Of a stretch of 32,000 nucleotides of DNA, positions 22,299 to 32,000 are shown one piece after another. Numbering within the stretch: position 1 is the first letter of the stretch; each line of letters opens with the position of its first letter. Position numbers and translations under genes: made by a program. The DNA comes from Aliivibrio fischeri ES114. GTDB taxonomy: Bacteria; Pseudomonadota; Gammaproteobacteria; Enterobacterales; Vibrionaceae. The notes under the pieces were generated by a model. The model worked only from the letters and a program-made list of their open reading frames with translations, had not been told where the DNA came from and searched no databases. Location of the stretch: the NCBI RefSeq assembly GCF_000011805.1, contig NC_006840.2; one strand, given 5' to 3'.

Positions 22299-24974
22299 AT
22301 GCCTGTAACTAACCTAGCTGAATTAGATGCTCTAGTAGCACGCGTTAAAGCAGCACAAGAAGAGTTCGCAACTTTTTCTCAAGAGCAAGTTGATGCAATC
22401 TTCCGTGCAGCATCTCTAGCAGCTAACCAAGCTCGTATCCCGCTAGCACAACAAGCGGTTGCTGAGTCTGGCATGGGTATCGTTGAAGATAAGGTTATCA
22501 AAAACCACTTCGCATCAGAGTTCATCTACAACAAATATAAAGATGAAAAAACATGTGGCATTCTTGAAGAAGACGATAACCTAGGAACAATGACTATCGC
22601 AGAACCTGTAGGTATTATCTGTGGTATCGTTCCAACAACTAACCCAACATCTACTGCAATCTTCAAATCTCTAATCTCTCTAAAAACTCGTAACGGTATC
22701 ATTTTCTCGCCACACCCACGTGCGAAAAACTCTACTAATGATGCAGCGAAACTTGTTTTAGACGCAGCAGTTGCAGCTGGTGCTCCAAAAGACATCATCG
22801 GTTGGATTGATCAACCATCTGTAGAACTTTCTAATGCACTAATGAAGCACGACGGTATCGCTCTTATCCTTGCTACTGGTGGTCCAGGCATGGTTAAAGC
22901 AGCATACTCTTCAGGTAAACCTGCAATCGGTGTTGGTGCTGGTAACGTTCCTGTTGTTATCGATGACACAGCTGATGTTAAACGTGCAGTCGCTTCTGTT
23001 CTTATGTCTAAAACATTCGATAACGGCGTAGTTTGTGCTTCTGAGCAAGCTGTAATCGTAATGGATGAAGTATACGACGAAGTTAAAGAGCGTTTTGCTT
23101 CTCACAAAGGTTACGTACTATCTAAAGCTGAAGCAGATAAAGTTCGTAAAGTTCTACTTATCGACGGTAACCTAAACGCAAACATCGTAGGTCAACCTGC
23201 AACAGCTATCGCTGAAATGGCTGGCGTTAAAGTTCCAGCTGATACTAAGATCCTTGTTGGTGAAGGTATCGGTGAAGTATCTTACGATGACGAATTCGCT
23301 CATGAGAAACTATCTCCAACACTAGGTATGTTCCGTGCGTCTTCTTTCGAGAACGCGGTAGACCAAGCTGTTAAAATGGTAGAAATTGGCGGTATCGGCC
23401 ACACATCTGGTCTGTACACTAACCAAGATGTTAACGCTGACCGTATCCGTTACTTTGGTGACAAACTAAAAACAGCACGTATTCTTGTAAACATCCCAAC
23501 TACTCACGGTGGTATCGGTGACCTTTACAACTTTAACGTTGCACCTTCTCTAACTCTTGGTTGTGGTTCATGGGGTGGTAACTCTATCTCTGAGAACGTG
23601 GGTCCTAAGCACCTTATCAACAAGAAAACTGTAGCGAAGCGAGCTGAAAATATGTTATGGCACAAACTACCTAAGTCTATCTACTTCCGTCGTGGCAGCC
23701 TTCCAATCGCAATGAGCGACCTAGAAGGTAAGAAACGTGCATTCCTTGTAACTGACCGTTTCCTATTCAACAACGGTTACGCTGATGACGTAGTTCAACT
23801 ACTTAAAGCTCAAGGTATCGAAGTTCAAACATTCTTTGATGTAGAAGCGGATCCAACACTATCTGTTGTTGAGAAAGGCGCTGAAGCAATGAAGAGCTTC
23901 CAACCTGACGTAATCCTTGCTCTAGGTGGTGGTTCACCAATGGATGCTGCTAAGATTATGTGGGTAATGTACGAGCACCCAGAAACTCATTTCGCAGAAC
24001 TAGCAATGCGCTTTATGGATATCCGTAAACGTATCTACAAGTTCCCTAAAATGGGTAAAAAAGCTGAGCTTGTATGTATCACTACAACTTCAGGTACTGG
24101 TTCAGAAGTTACTCCATTCGCTGTTGTTACAGACGACAAGACTGGTGCTAAATACCCACTAGCTGATTACGAAATTACGCCAAACATGGCAATCGTTGAT
24201 GCTAACCTAGTAATGAACATGCCTAAGTCTCTAACCGCATTTGGTGGTTACGATGCAGTAACTCACGCATTAGAAGCTTACGTATCTGTTCTTGCTAATG
24301 AATACTCTGACGGTCAAGCGCTTCAAGCTCTTAAGATGCTTAAAGAATACTTACCATCAAGCTACAAAAATGGTGCGAACGACCCAATCGCTCGTGAGAA
24401 AGTACACAATGCTGCAACTATCGCTGGTATCGCGTTTGCTAACGCATTCCTAGGTGTGTGTCACTCAATGGCTCACAAAATCGGTGCTGAGTTCCACTTA
24501 CCACACGGTTTAGCTAACGCATTACTTATCTCTAACGTTGTACGTTACAATGCGAACGATAACCCAACTAAACAAACAGCATTCTCTCAGTACGACCGTC
24601 CACAAGCACGTCGTCGTTACGCAGAAGTTGCTGACCACCTAGGCCTAAGCCAAGCTGGTGACCGTACTGCTCAGAAGATTGAGCGTCTACTAACTTGGTT
24701 AGAAGAGCTTAAGAAAGATTTAGATATTCCACTATCTATCAAAGATGCAGGTGTTAACGAAGCAGACTTCATCGCTAAACTAGATGAACTATCTGTTGAA
24801 GCGTTCGATGACCAATGTACTGGTGCGAACCCACGTTACCCTCTAATCACAGAGCTAAAAGAAGTACTAACAACTTCTTACTACGGTAAACCTTTTGTTG
24901 AAGGTGAAACGTTTGAAGGCACAACAGTAATTAAAAAAACTGAAGAGCCAAAAGCGAAAAAAGCAAAGAAATAA
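22299..24974 (+). CDS. adhE: Bifunctional acetaldehyde-CoA/alcohol dehydrogenase
   Basis: ALDH half ([27 protein letters not shown]-like catalytic Cys) fused to an iron-dependent ADH half ([45 protein letters not shown]). SD aggag before the ATG. Confidence 0.97.
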   Translation: MPVTNLAELDALVARVKAAQEEFATFSQEQVDAIFRAASLAANQARIPLAQQAVAESGMGIVEDKVIKNHFASEFIYNKYKDEKTCGILEEDDNLGTMTIAEPVGIICGIVPTTNPTSTAIFKSLISLKTRNGIIFSPHPRAKNSTNDAAKLVLDAAVAAGAPKDIIGWIDQPSVELSNALMKHDGIALILATGGPGMVKAAYSSGKPAIGVGAGNVPVVIDDTADVKRAVASVLMSKTFDNGVVCASEQAVIVMDEVYDEVKERFASHKGYVLSKAEADKVRKVLLIDGNLNANIVGQPATAIAEMAGVKVPADTKILVGEGIGEVSYDDEFAHEKLSPTLGMFRASSFENAVDQAVKMVEIGGIGHTSGLYTNQDVNADRIRYFGDKLKTARILVNIPTTHGGIGDLYNFNVAPSLTLGCGSWGGNSISENVGPKHLINKKTVAKRAENMLWHKLPKSIYFRRGSLPIAMSDLEGKKRAFLVTDRFLFNNGYADDVVQLLKAQGIEVQTFFDVEADPTLSVVEKGAEAMKSFQPDVILALGGGSPMDAAKIMWVMYEHPETHFAELAMRFMDIRKRIYKFPKMGKKAELVCITTTSGTGSEVTPFAVVTDDKTGAKYPLADYEITPNMAIVDANLVMNMPKSLTAFGGYDAVTHALEAYVSVLANEYSDGQALQALKMLKEYLPSSYKNGANDPIAREKVHNAATIAGIAFANAFLGVCHSMAHKIGAEFHLPHGLANALLISNVVRYNANDNPTKQTAFSQYDRPQARRRYAEVADHLGLSQAGDRTAQKIERLLTWLEELKKDLDIPLSIKDAGVNEADFIAKLDELSVEAFDDQCTGANPRYPLITELKEVLTTSYYGKPFVEGETFEGTTVIKKTEEPKAKKAKK

Positions 24975-25028
24975 TTGATTGCTAAACGCTGAGTTACTTT
25001 CACTAGCAATTTGAAAGTGATAAATAAG

Positions 25029-25057
25029 AAAGCCACCTAATATTAGGTGGCTTTTTT
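25029..25057 (+). terminator. Intrinsic terminator downstream of adhE
   Basis: aagccacctaa-ta-ttaggtggcttttttg. Confidence 0.92.
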
Positions 25058-25162
25058 GCATCTAGAGGTTTGTGTTTAAAAATGTTTATTGAACTGATAA
25101 TACTAATTTAAATAAGTACCTGACCATTCATCTCACTGCTTATTCAGATTGGTATTAAATTA

Positions 25163-25834
25163 TTAAGCTGTTGCTTCAATAATTCGACCACTAAAATACT
25201 CATTAGCAAGAATGTATTCAGTGTTTTTTATTAGTTCTTGATTGATGGTACTTAGATTAGGCGCAGTATCATTATTTGTTATTCTTGGTGTCACACCACC
25301 AATTCTTATTTTGAATGGATTTAGCTCTTTAGCCCAACTCTTAGTTAACCCTGCTAAAAGAGCTGTTGAGTTATCTGCTTGGTGCAAATGCGATAAGTCA
25401 TTGTGATAACCAAGGTTAATAATTACGCCTTCTTTCTTATGAGAACGCATATTTTGAGCGGCAAATTGACCATAGGTGAATAAAGTTGTTGCTAACTCTG
25501 TGAGTTGGAATGGACTATTTTGATTTTGAGAATCCAGCAAGCTTGGTAACGTCACAGCAGTATAGTTATTGATTAGCACATCTATGCCGTTATTAAACTC
25601 ATTATCGATGGCATGAAACAAATGGCGAATACTTTCTTGGCTTTGGTCTTCTAGTTGATAGCTGACAATATTGGATGTTAATTGACTGCAAAAACGATGC
25701 GTTTCATTTAACGCTTCTGCATCAGAATCTGTAATGATTAAATAAGCGCCAAGAGAAGCGAAATGACATGAAATGGAACGACCCATAACATTTCCAGCTG
25801 ATGTGATCAGTATGGTTGAATGTTTTATTTGCAT
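25163..25834 (-). CDS. SDR-fold protein with degenerate cofactor and catalytic motifs
   Basis: Rossmann-like ILITSAGNVMGRSISCHFASLGAYLIITDSD, IDVLINN, and LLAGLTKSWAKELNPFKIRIGGVTP match the SDR layout, but the TGxxxGxG, NNAG and YxxxK residues are altered. Confidence 0.75.
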   Translation of the reverse strand: MQIKHSTILITSAGNVMGRSISCHFASLGAYLIITDSDAEALNETHRFCSQLTSNIVSYQLEDQSQESIRHLFHAIDNEFNNGIDVLINNYTAVTLPSLLDSQNQNSPFQLTELATTLFTYGQFAAQNMRSHKKEGVIINLGYHNDLSHLHQADNSTALLAGLTKSWAKELNPFKIRIGGVTPRITNNDTAPNLSTINQELIKNTEYILANEYFSGRIIEATA

Positions 25835-26056
25835 AGCATTCTTTCCTTAGAGCATGAATTGCTTTAATAGCGTTAGTTACTCGATGCTTTAATAATGGAA
25901 TAGAAATATGACATCTGCTGTGAGATGGGCTTTAAATGATGATTAAATATCAATCAATATTGTGAATTATGCACTAACTCACATATTGCTCAATGATTAA
26001 TGAGAAGGGAAAGTTAAAACTGTTAATGGCTAATATGGAATGAATGTAATACCGTA

Positions 26057-26563
26057 TTAAACATAAAAATTCATTTCAGAATGACGTTTAGCGGTTACAA
26101 GTTCATTATAAAGATCTTGTGGGATAGCATTAAAAATCTCATTACCTGATTCTAACTGACGACGTTGGTGGCCTGATAGGTTGTGATAAATTTCTTCAGG
26201 TAGGTCACAAGTGTCTTGCGGCATATAAGCCATTGCATCCGGCGCTAGACCGTGTTGTAGCTTAGCGCTCGCCATTCCACCGTTGTGGAATTGATAAGCT
26301 TGAGCAGCAGAACGAGAATAACTTTCTTCATTACTACGTAATGTTTGTGCATCAGCTAACTGAAAGCGTTGACGTAACAGATCTTCAGTTACTTTTTTCT
26401 CGTTAATTTTTTCAACAGGCGTGTTTTCACGTAAGTCATTAGATAGTAATGACATCATTAAAGCGAAATCAGCACGACGACCCGCTTCTACAGCGTGGTT
26501 TAGGTTCGAGCCAAATTGAACTTCGCTAATTAATTCTGCTTTGTCTAATGTATGTACTTTCAT
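26057..26563 (-). CDS. Uncharacterised 168-aa protein
   Basis: Complete ORF with SD-like aggagg upstream (minus strand caagaggattgattcATG), between sodB and the SDR gene. No recognised domain. Confidence 0.7.
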   Translation of the reverse strand: MKVHTLDKAELISEVQFGSNLNHAVEAGRRADFALMMSLLSNDLRENTPVEKINEKKVTEDLLRQRFQLADAQTLRSNEESYSRSAAQAYQFHNGGMASAKLQHGLAPDAMAYMPQDTCDLPEEIYHNLSGHQRRQLESGNEIFNAIPQDLYNELVTAKRHSEMNFYV

Positions 26564-26693
26564 GAATCAATCCTCTTGGTGATAACTATTTATCGGTAAG
26601 GGATTGGAAAGCTTTAGTCTTTTTAGGAAAAAAATTGCCGTTTTTTAAATTATTTTTAGAAATAGGGCAAAGAGTTACCGCAATGGAAGGTAA

Positions 26694-26724
26694 TAAAAAA
26701 GGCCAGTATAAAAACTGACCTTTG
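26694..26724 (-). terminator. Intrinsic terminator downstream of sodB
   Basis: Minus strand aaaggtcagt-ttttat-actggcctttttta. Confidence 0.8.
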
Positions 26725-26765
26725 AAGTGTTTAGCCGCAAGATGCGTCTATTTATAATTCGAAAA

Positions 26766-27350
26766 TTATTTTGCTAGGTTTTCTTCTACGAAAGACCAGT
26801 TTACAAGGTTCCAGAATGCACCCATGTAATCAGGACGAACATTACGGAAATCGATGTAGTAAGCGTGTTCCCACAGGTCAACTGTTAGAAGTGGTGTTGT
26901 ACCTTCTTCTGTTAGTGGTGTTGCTGCGTTAGACGTGTTAACGATTTCTAGAGAACCGTCCGCTTTTTTCACTAACCAAGTCCAAGAAGAACCAAAGTTA
27001 TTGATTGCTGAATCTGTGAATTGAGCTTTAAATTCTTCAAAAGAACCGAATGCAGCGTTGATAGCTTCTGCTACAGCACCAGTTGGTTCGCCACCAGCGT
27101 TTGGAGCTAAACAGTGCCAGTAGAACGTGTGGTTCCAGATTTGTGCTGCGTTATTGAAAACACCACCAGTAGAAGTTTTAATGATCTCTTCTAGTGTTTT
27201 ACCTTCAAACTCAGTACCAGGGATAAGACCGTTTAGTTTAACAACGTATGTGTTGTGGTGTTTACCGTGGTGGAAATCCAGTGTTTCTGCTGAGATATGT
27301 GGTTCTAGTGCATCTTTTGCATACGGTAGAGCTGGTAATTCAAATGACAT
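26766..27350 (-). CDS. sodB: Superoxide dismutase [Fe]
   Basis: MSFELPALPYAKDALEPHISAETLDFHHGKHHNTYV, FNNAAQIWNHTFYWHCLAPNAGGEPTG, DLWEHAYYIDFRNVRPDY. The ORF track start at 27365 adds METRA; ATG at 27350 matches the known N-terminus. Confidence 0.97.
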   Translation of the reverse strand: MSFELPALPYAKDALEPHISAETLDFHHGKHHNTYVVKLNGLIPGTEFEGKTLEEIIKTSTGGVFNNAAQIWNHTFYWHCLAPNAGGEPTGAVAEAINAAFGSFEEFKAQFTDSAINNFGSSWTWLVKKADGSLEIVNTSNAATPLTEEGTTPLLTVDLWEHAYYIDFRNVRPDYMGAFWNLVNWSFVEENLAK

Positions 27351-27584
27351 CGCTCGTGTCTCCATTTAAAAGAGGTCTATGCCTCATTAATTTTCCAAAA
27401 ATATGTGCTCAATTATAATTAGAGCTTATCTGACTTCGCTTTGATTCTAGCAAGTTTTAAGTTTATTTAAAGAAAAAGTACCGATTTTTCAATAAATAAT
27501 AACACTACAAATAATAGGTATTTTTTTCTTCACACATAACAAGTAGAATGGATACAACTTAAATGTCGACCATTAGAGGATACA

Positions 27585-27920
27585 ATGGAAACTATCGATA
27601 AGATCAAACAACAAATTTCTGAAAACCACATCCTTTTATACATGAAAGGTTCTCCTAAGCTACCTAGCTGTGGTTTCTCTTCTCAAGCTGCACAAGCTTT
27701 AATGAATTGTGGTGAGAAATTTGCGTACGTAGATATTCTACAAAACCCTGATATTCGTGCTGAGCTTCCAGCATACGCACAATGGCCAACATTCCCACAA
27801 TTATGGGTTGAAGGCGAACTAGTTGGTGGCTGTGACATTATCATTGAAATGTTCCAAAAGGGTGAACTTCAGCCATTAATTAAAGAAGCTGCAGAGCGTA
27901 ACGCACCAGCTGCTGAATAA
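27585..27920 (+). CDS. grxD: Monothiol glutaredoxin 4
   Basis: CGFS monothiol active site (MKGSPKLPSCGFSSQAAQAL), WPTFPQLWVEGELVGGCDII. Confidence 0.96.
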   Translation: METIDKIKQQISENHILLYMKGSPKLPSCGFSSQAAQALMNCGEKFAYVDILQNPDIRAELPAYAQWPTFPQLWVEGELVGGCDIIIEMFQKGELQPLIKEAAERNAPAAE

Positions 27921-27930
27921 TCAGAATATT

Positions 27931-27964
27931 AAAAAAGCCACGTTATTTAACGTGGCTTTTTTTT
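27931..27964 (+). terminator. Intrinsic terminator between grxD and the response regulator
   Basis: aaaaaagccacgtta-tt-taacgtggctttttttt. Confidence 0.92.
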
Positions 27965-27968
27965 ATCT

Positions 27969-29288
27969 TTAAAACGAAGACGATGATTTTTGTTGCTTTA
28001 TGAATGCCATCGTTTGTAACTGAGCTAGAGTTGATGTTCCTTTCTGTAGTTTAGTAAGCCACTTTTCTTCTAACTGAGCTTTTTCGTCGTCTAGCTTCAT
28101 TTCACAATAAACAAGATACACAATGAATGCGGTTTCATAATCGGCAATATCGTTTATTTGAATGTCTGATATGTGTCGATTTGCTTCACCGTACCGATTA
28201 ATTTTTAATTGAAATAATGCAGACAGTGCTCGTTGTGCTGCAATACAAGGGATCCCACGTAGGCGTCCTTTTAATTTGGCACTAACACGTTGCCATGCAC
28301 TTTCTGGTGACCATTCTTGAAGGATGTCTTCAGAAGCTAAATATAAATCGCCCCAAGCGGCCATAGCTCGTTTACCTGCCGAATCAAATGCAGAGTTGGG
28401 TAGTAGATAAGCGTATTTAGTGAGTAGGTCAAAAGCGTCGTATTTTTCCCCTTTTGCAAGTAAAGACCAAACGAGTTTGCAAAAGCGAATGTATGAATAA
28501 GGGGAGAGTTCAAAGCCTCTTTTCCAAAATCGAGCGGCGATGCCAATATCATCTCTAGCAAAAGAAACTTCAGCTTTTAGATCAATTAACTGCAAGTTAT
28601 CTTTATTTTTTTGTAGCAGACCATCGATGTGTTGGTTCGCTTGTTCATATTCTTTTTTAGCTAACAGTATTTCAGCATATTGAATATCCGCTTCGATAGA
28701 TTCTTTGATAATTGAAAGTAAGGCTTTATTGACACTTAGTGCCTCTTGAAGACGGTTTACTTTAATTAGGCGTGATGCCAATTTCAGCATTGAATCTTTT
28801 AGGATCACTTTGTTGGGTGCTTGAAAGATTAAGGGCTTAACTCCGGCTAACCCATCTTTTGTATATGCGGCAATCATCCCAGTAGAAAATTGACGTTTAA
28901 TCAAATCATGATTAATGACTTTAATAATTTCTTCTGGACGAATTGGTTTTTGAATGTATTTAGCCGGCATGTAATCACTGTATGCTAGCTCAATTTGCGG
29001 ATCTTCATTACCCGTGACGATATAAATAAGTGTGTTGTCTGTGATAAGACGCAGCAACTTAAGTTGCTCTAGCATTTGTAGTCCTGTGCTACCGTGACCT
29101 AAATTATGATCAACGAATAACACATCAAATTTCTGACGTTTGCAGTTACCAACGGCTGCACCCGCTGTAGGGCAGCATGAAATATTGTTGGTTGGGACAC
29201 CTATACGACTGAGTAATGCTCTAAGCGCATTTTGAATGACAGTGCTGTCGTCAATGATAAGAAATGAAGAAAGCTTAATTAATTTCAT
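27969..29288 (-). CDS. Response regulator: N-terminal receiver domain plus TPR-like alpha-helical C-terminal region
   Basis: Receiver signatures IIDDS, phospho-acceptor FVDHNLG, VTGNE, QKPI; then helical repeat-like sequence (RLIKVNRLQEALSVNKALL, AEILLAKKEYEQANQHIDGLL, ARFWKRGFELSP). No DNA-binding or known output domain seen. Confidence 0.85.
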   Translation of the reverse strand: MKLIKLSSFLIIDDSTVIQNALRALLSRIGVPTNNISCCPTAGAAVGNCKRQKFDVLFVDHNLGHGSTGLQMLEQLKLLRLITDNTLIYIVTGNEDPQIELAYSDYMPAKYIQKPIRPEEIIKVINHDLIKRQFSTGMIAAYTKDGLAGVKPLIFQAPNKVILKDSMLKLASRLIKVNRLQEALSVNKALLSIIKESIEADIQYAEILLAKKEYEQANQHIDGLLQKNKDNLQLIDLKAEVSFARDDIGIAARFWKRGFELSPYSYIRFCKLVWSLLAKGEKYDAFDLLTKYAYLLPNSAFDSAGKRAMAAWGDLYLASEDILQEWSPESAWQRVSAKLKGRLRGIPCIAAQRALSALFQLKINRYGEANRHISDIQINDIADYETAFIVYLVYCEMKLDDEKAQLEEKWLTKLQKGTSTLAQLQTMAFIKQQKSSSSF

Positions 29289-29394
29289 ACAAGATTATAG
29301 GTGGTGATTAAACAATGGCAGAGTATAGCAACTGTATCAGTTAAAGATACGTTCAAACAAAGAGATAACGGGGTATTTTTTTGATCTTTATGCA

Positions 29395-29424
29395 AAAAAA
29401 CGGCAGAAACATCTGCCGTTTTAA
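29395..29424 (-). terminator. Intrinsic terminator downstream of the antiporter gene
   Basis: Minus strand aaaacggcaga-tgttt-ctgccgttttttt. Confidence 0.85.
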
Positions 29425-29457
29425 CGTTTTTTTAAATAAAAATGCAATTAAGTTACA

Positions 29458-30786
29458 TTATAGAACCATTGCTGCAATCCATCCAAAGATAATTAGTGGC
29501 AGGTTATAATGCAAAAAGGTAGGTACAACGGTTTCCCAAACGTGTTCATGTTGGCCATCAGAGTTTAAGCCTGATGTTGGACCTAATGTTGAATCCGAGG
29601 CTGGAGAACCTGCATCACCAAGCGCTGCCGCAGTACCAACAAGTGCGATGGTTGCCATTGGAGAAAAGCCAAAAGCAATAGCAAGAGGGACATAGATAGT
29701 TGCAATGATTGGAATAGTTGAGAACGAAGAGCCGATTCCCATTGTAACTAATAGACCAACAATTAGCATAAGTAGAGCAGCTAGAGGTTTATTATCACCA
29801 ATAGAGGTAGATAAAGCTTGAACTAGGGTTTCTACGCCACCTGTGGCTTTCATTACAGCGGCAAAGCCAGCAGCTGAAATCATAATAAAGCCAATCATTG
29901 CCATCATATGAACACCACGAGTGAATACGTCTTGAGTTTCTTTCCAAGCAATCACACCACCAAAAGTAAACACCATGAAACCAGCAAGAGCACCAATGAT
30001 CATTGAGCCAGCATATAACTGAACCGATAGGGCAGCAATGATAGCTAAAATAGAAATTTGGATATGACGTTTATTAAATGTAGGCTCTACTGATGTTGGG
30101 GCTAACTCAGAGTTATCAACTTCGGCATACGTTCTTGGTTTACGGTATGAAATAAATACGGCGATTAATAAGCCGACAACCATGCCAAGTGCTGGTAAAG
30201 CCATTGCTAGTGGTACTTGGCTTGCAAGTACATCTAAATGGTTGTCATGTAGGTTTTTAAGCAGGATATTATTCAAGAAGATACCGCCAAAACCGACAGG
30301 TAAAATCATATAAGGTGTCACTAAACCAAAAGTAAGAACACAAGCAACTAAACGACGATCAAGTTTTAGTTTATTAAAAACTTGAAGTAGTGGCGGGATC
30401 AAAATTGGAATAAAGGCAATATGAACTGGCACTACGTTTTGAGATGAAATCGTAACGAGAAGTATCAAGCATAATAGTAAATATTTTACACCGGTTGCGG
30501 CGTGGATATTTTCTTTACCATTTATACGTTTAATCACACTGTGAGCAAGCAAATCAGTAACGCCTGATTTTGAAATAGCAACTGCAAAAGCGCCAAGCAT
30601 AGCGTAACTTAATGCAATAGTTGCACCGCCACCTAGGCCACCTTCGAAAGCTGAAATGGTTTCAGATAATGATAATCCACCTACTAATCCACCGATTAGT
30701 GCGCTAAATGTTAAGGCAACAACAACGTTAACTCTAAGCAAAGCAAGGATAAGCATAACTGAAACAGAAAGAATGATTGGATTCAT
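29458..30786 (-). CDS. Na+/H+ antiporter (NhaC/YuiF-like) family membrane protein
   Basis: About 12 hydrophobic segments; motifs [83 protein letters not shown]. Substrate not determinable here. Confidence 0.83.
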
Positions 30787-30832
30787 TGTGTTTAGTTCCC
30801 TGTAAATTATTATGTAGTTAGCAATTAGCCAA

Positions 30833-31501
30833 TTAATTATTATTAGTATCGTTTTCTGGTTCTGGCATTACAGGCCAGCCACCAAGATCTTTCCATTTAT
30901 TCACAATACGACAGAATAGTTCTGCCGTCTTTTCTGTATCATAAAGAGCTGAATGAGCTTCTTTACCATCAAAATCCATTCCTGCCGTTTTACATGCCTT
31001 TGCCAATACAGTTTGACCAAGTGCTAGGCCACTGATTGCCGCTGTATCAAAGGTGCAAAATGGATGGAAAGGAATGCGTTTTAATTTTGTTCGTGCCGCT
31101 GCTTCCATAACAAAGCTATGGTCAAAATGAGCGTTATGAGCAACCATTATTGCACGTTGGCAATCGTGTTGTTTTTGTTCTTTACGGACAAGTTTGAAGA
31201 TTTCTTTTAATGCAACGTCTTCAGTGACAGCACCACGTAATGGGCTAAATGGGTCACGTATACCATTAAATTCAAGTGCTTCTTTTTCAATATTAGCACC
31301 TTCAAAAGGAGTGACATGGAAGTGGATGGTGGTAGCAGGTTTTAAATTACCTTGCTCATCCATAGCGAGAGTAACAGCACAAATCTCAAGTAATGCATCA
31401 GTTTTAGCATTAAAACCTGCTGTTTCAACATCAATAACTACAGGAAAATAGCCACGAAAACGGTTTTTTAATAAATTGTGTTGTTCTACTTCAGTCATCA
31501 T
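30833..31501 (-). CDS. rnt: Ribonuclease T (DEDD exonuclease)
   Basis: [63 protein letters not shown]. Start may be the second Met. Confidence 0.96.
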
Positions 31502-31687
31502 TCGGTACGTAAGAAAATGTTATGACCATTATTGCAGATTATCCGTAGCATAAAAACTGTAAATAAGGTGTGATAGAGATATATTTATTAGTATCTAACT
31601 GAAATTGGCAAGTTGTAAGTAATTATTGGTCTAATTATTGCTTTATTAATAGCATCGTCAACGGCATGACCCATAGATTTAGGTATT

Positions 31688-32000
31688 ATGAAAAAAATAT
31701 TTGTTACATCTGCTTTATTAGTGAGCTTTTTGATTGCTACTCCTGTATTAGCAAATAAGAATTATGTCGCTAAGCCAGAGCAATCGAAGTGGACGATGTT
31801 AGAAAACTCGCCTTTAGAGTGTCGTTTGTCTCATAACATTCCTAATTATGGTAGTGCACAGTTTTCATCTTATGCAAATAAGAAGATGAATCTGGATTTT
31901 GAATTAAAAATGAACCGCCCAATGGGTGAAACTCGTGCTGTTAATCTTGTGTCTATGCCTGCTCGCTGGATGCCGGGTGATGGTGCAGAAAGTATGTTGA
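31688..32000 (+). CDS. motY: Sodium-driven flagellar motor protein MotY, N-terminal part (truncated by window end)
   Basis: Open frame from ATG 31688: [99 protein letters not shown]..., matching the MotY N-terminal pattern. Confidence 0.85.
   Translation, partial: MKKIFVTSALLVSFLIATPVLANKNYVAKPEQSKWTMLENSPLECRLSHNIPNYGSAQFSSYANKKMNLDFELKMNRPMGETRAVNLVSMPARWMPGDGAESML

Noticed and set aside
22526-23105. Minus-strand ORFs (90 and 64 aa) in adhE
   Set aside because: Antisense to adhE; long alternative frames are expected in strongly codon-biased genes.
25834-26056. FNR-like sequence near gatgattaaatatcaa upstream of the SDR gene
   Set aside because: Half sites are spaced by 5 instead of 4 bases and no -10 was found at suitable distance.
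27361-27420. Small gaggtctatgcctc inverted repeat in the sodB leader as an RyhB-related structure
   Set aside because: Only 4-5 bp stem; RyhB control of sodB is known in other bacteria, but no pairing can be shown without the local RyhB sequence.
31502-31687. Flagellar sigma-28 or sigma-54 promoter for motY
   Set aside because: tggcaagttgtaag and ttaatagcatcg...ccatag were inspected, but neither matches a flagellar promoter consensus with correct spacing.

Overview
This 32 kb window is a contiguous, gene-dense piece of core chromosome from a gammaproteobacterium. Protein sequences and gene order fit Vibrionaceae, probably Aliivibrio or Vibrio. It shows no mobile elements, phage genes, CRISPR arrays, rRNA or tRNA. 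In order: serC 3' end (+), cydC/cydD (-), trxB (-), ald (-), lrp-ftsK-lolA-rarA-serS (+), trxC (-), a DUF440/YciU-like gene (-), gsk (+), yeaD (-), gapA (-), msrB (+), a putative lipoprotein (-), a YeaC-like gene (+), a 49-aa membrane micro-ORF (+), a 6TM K+ channel with a C-terminal zinc ribbon (-), adhE (+), a degenerate SDR protein (-), a 168-aa uncharacterised protein (-), sodB (-), grxD (+), a receiver-domain response regulator with a repeat-rich C-terminus (-), a NhaC/YuiF-like antiporter (-), rnt (-) and the 5' end of motY (+). Many convergent or terminal junctions carry clear intrinsic terminators. I found no convincing evidence of a new multi-gene system. The most useful second-look items are an FNR-like box spaced as in a class II promoter plus an upstream CRP-like box before adhE, a PurR-like operator before gsk, an SDR-fold protein lacking its catalytic and cofactor motifs, an unannotated 49-aa membrane ORF, the zinc-ribbon-tailed channel, and a WCNPC active site in the thioredoxin-2 homologue.
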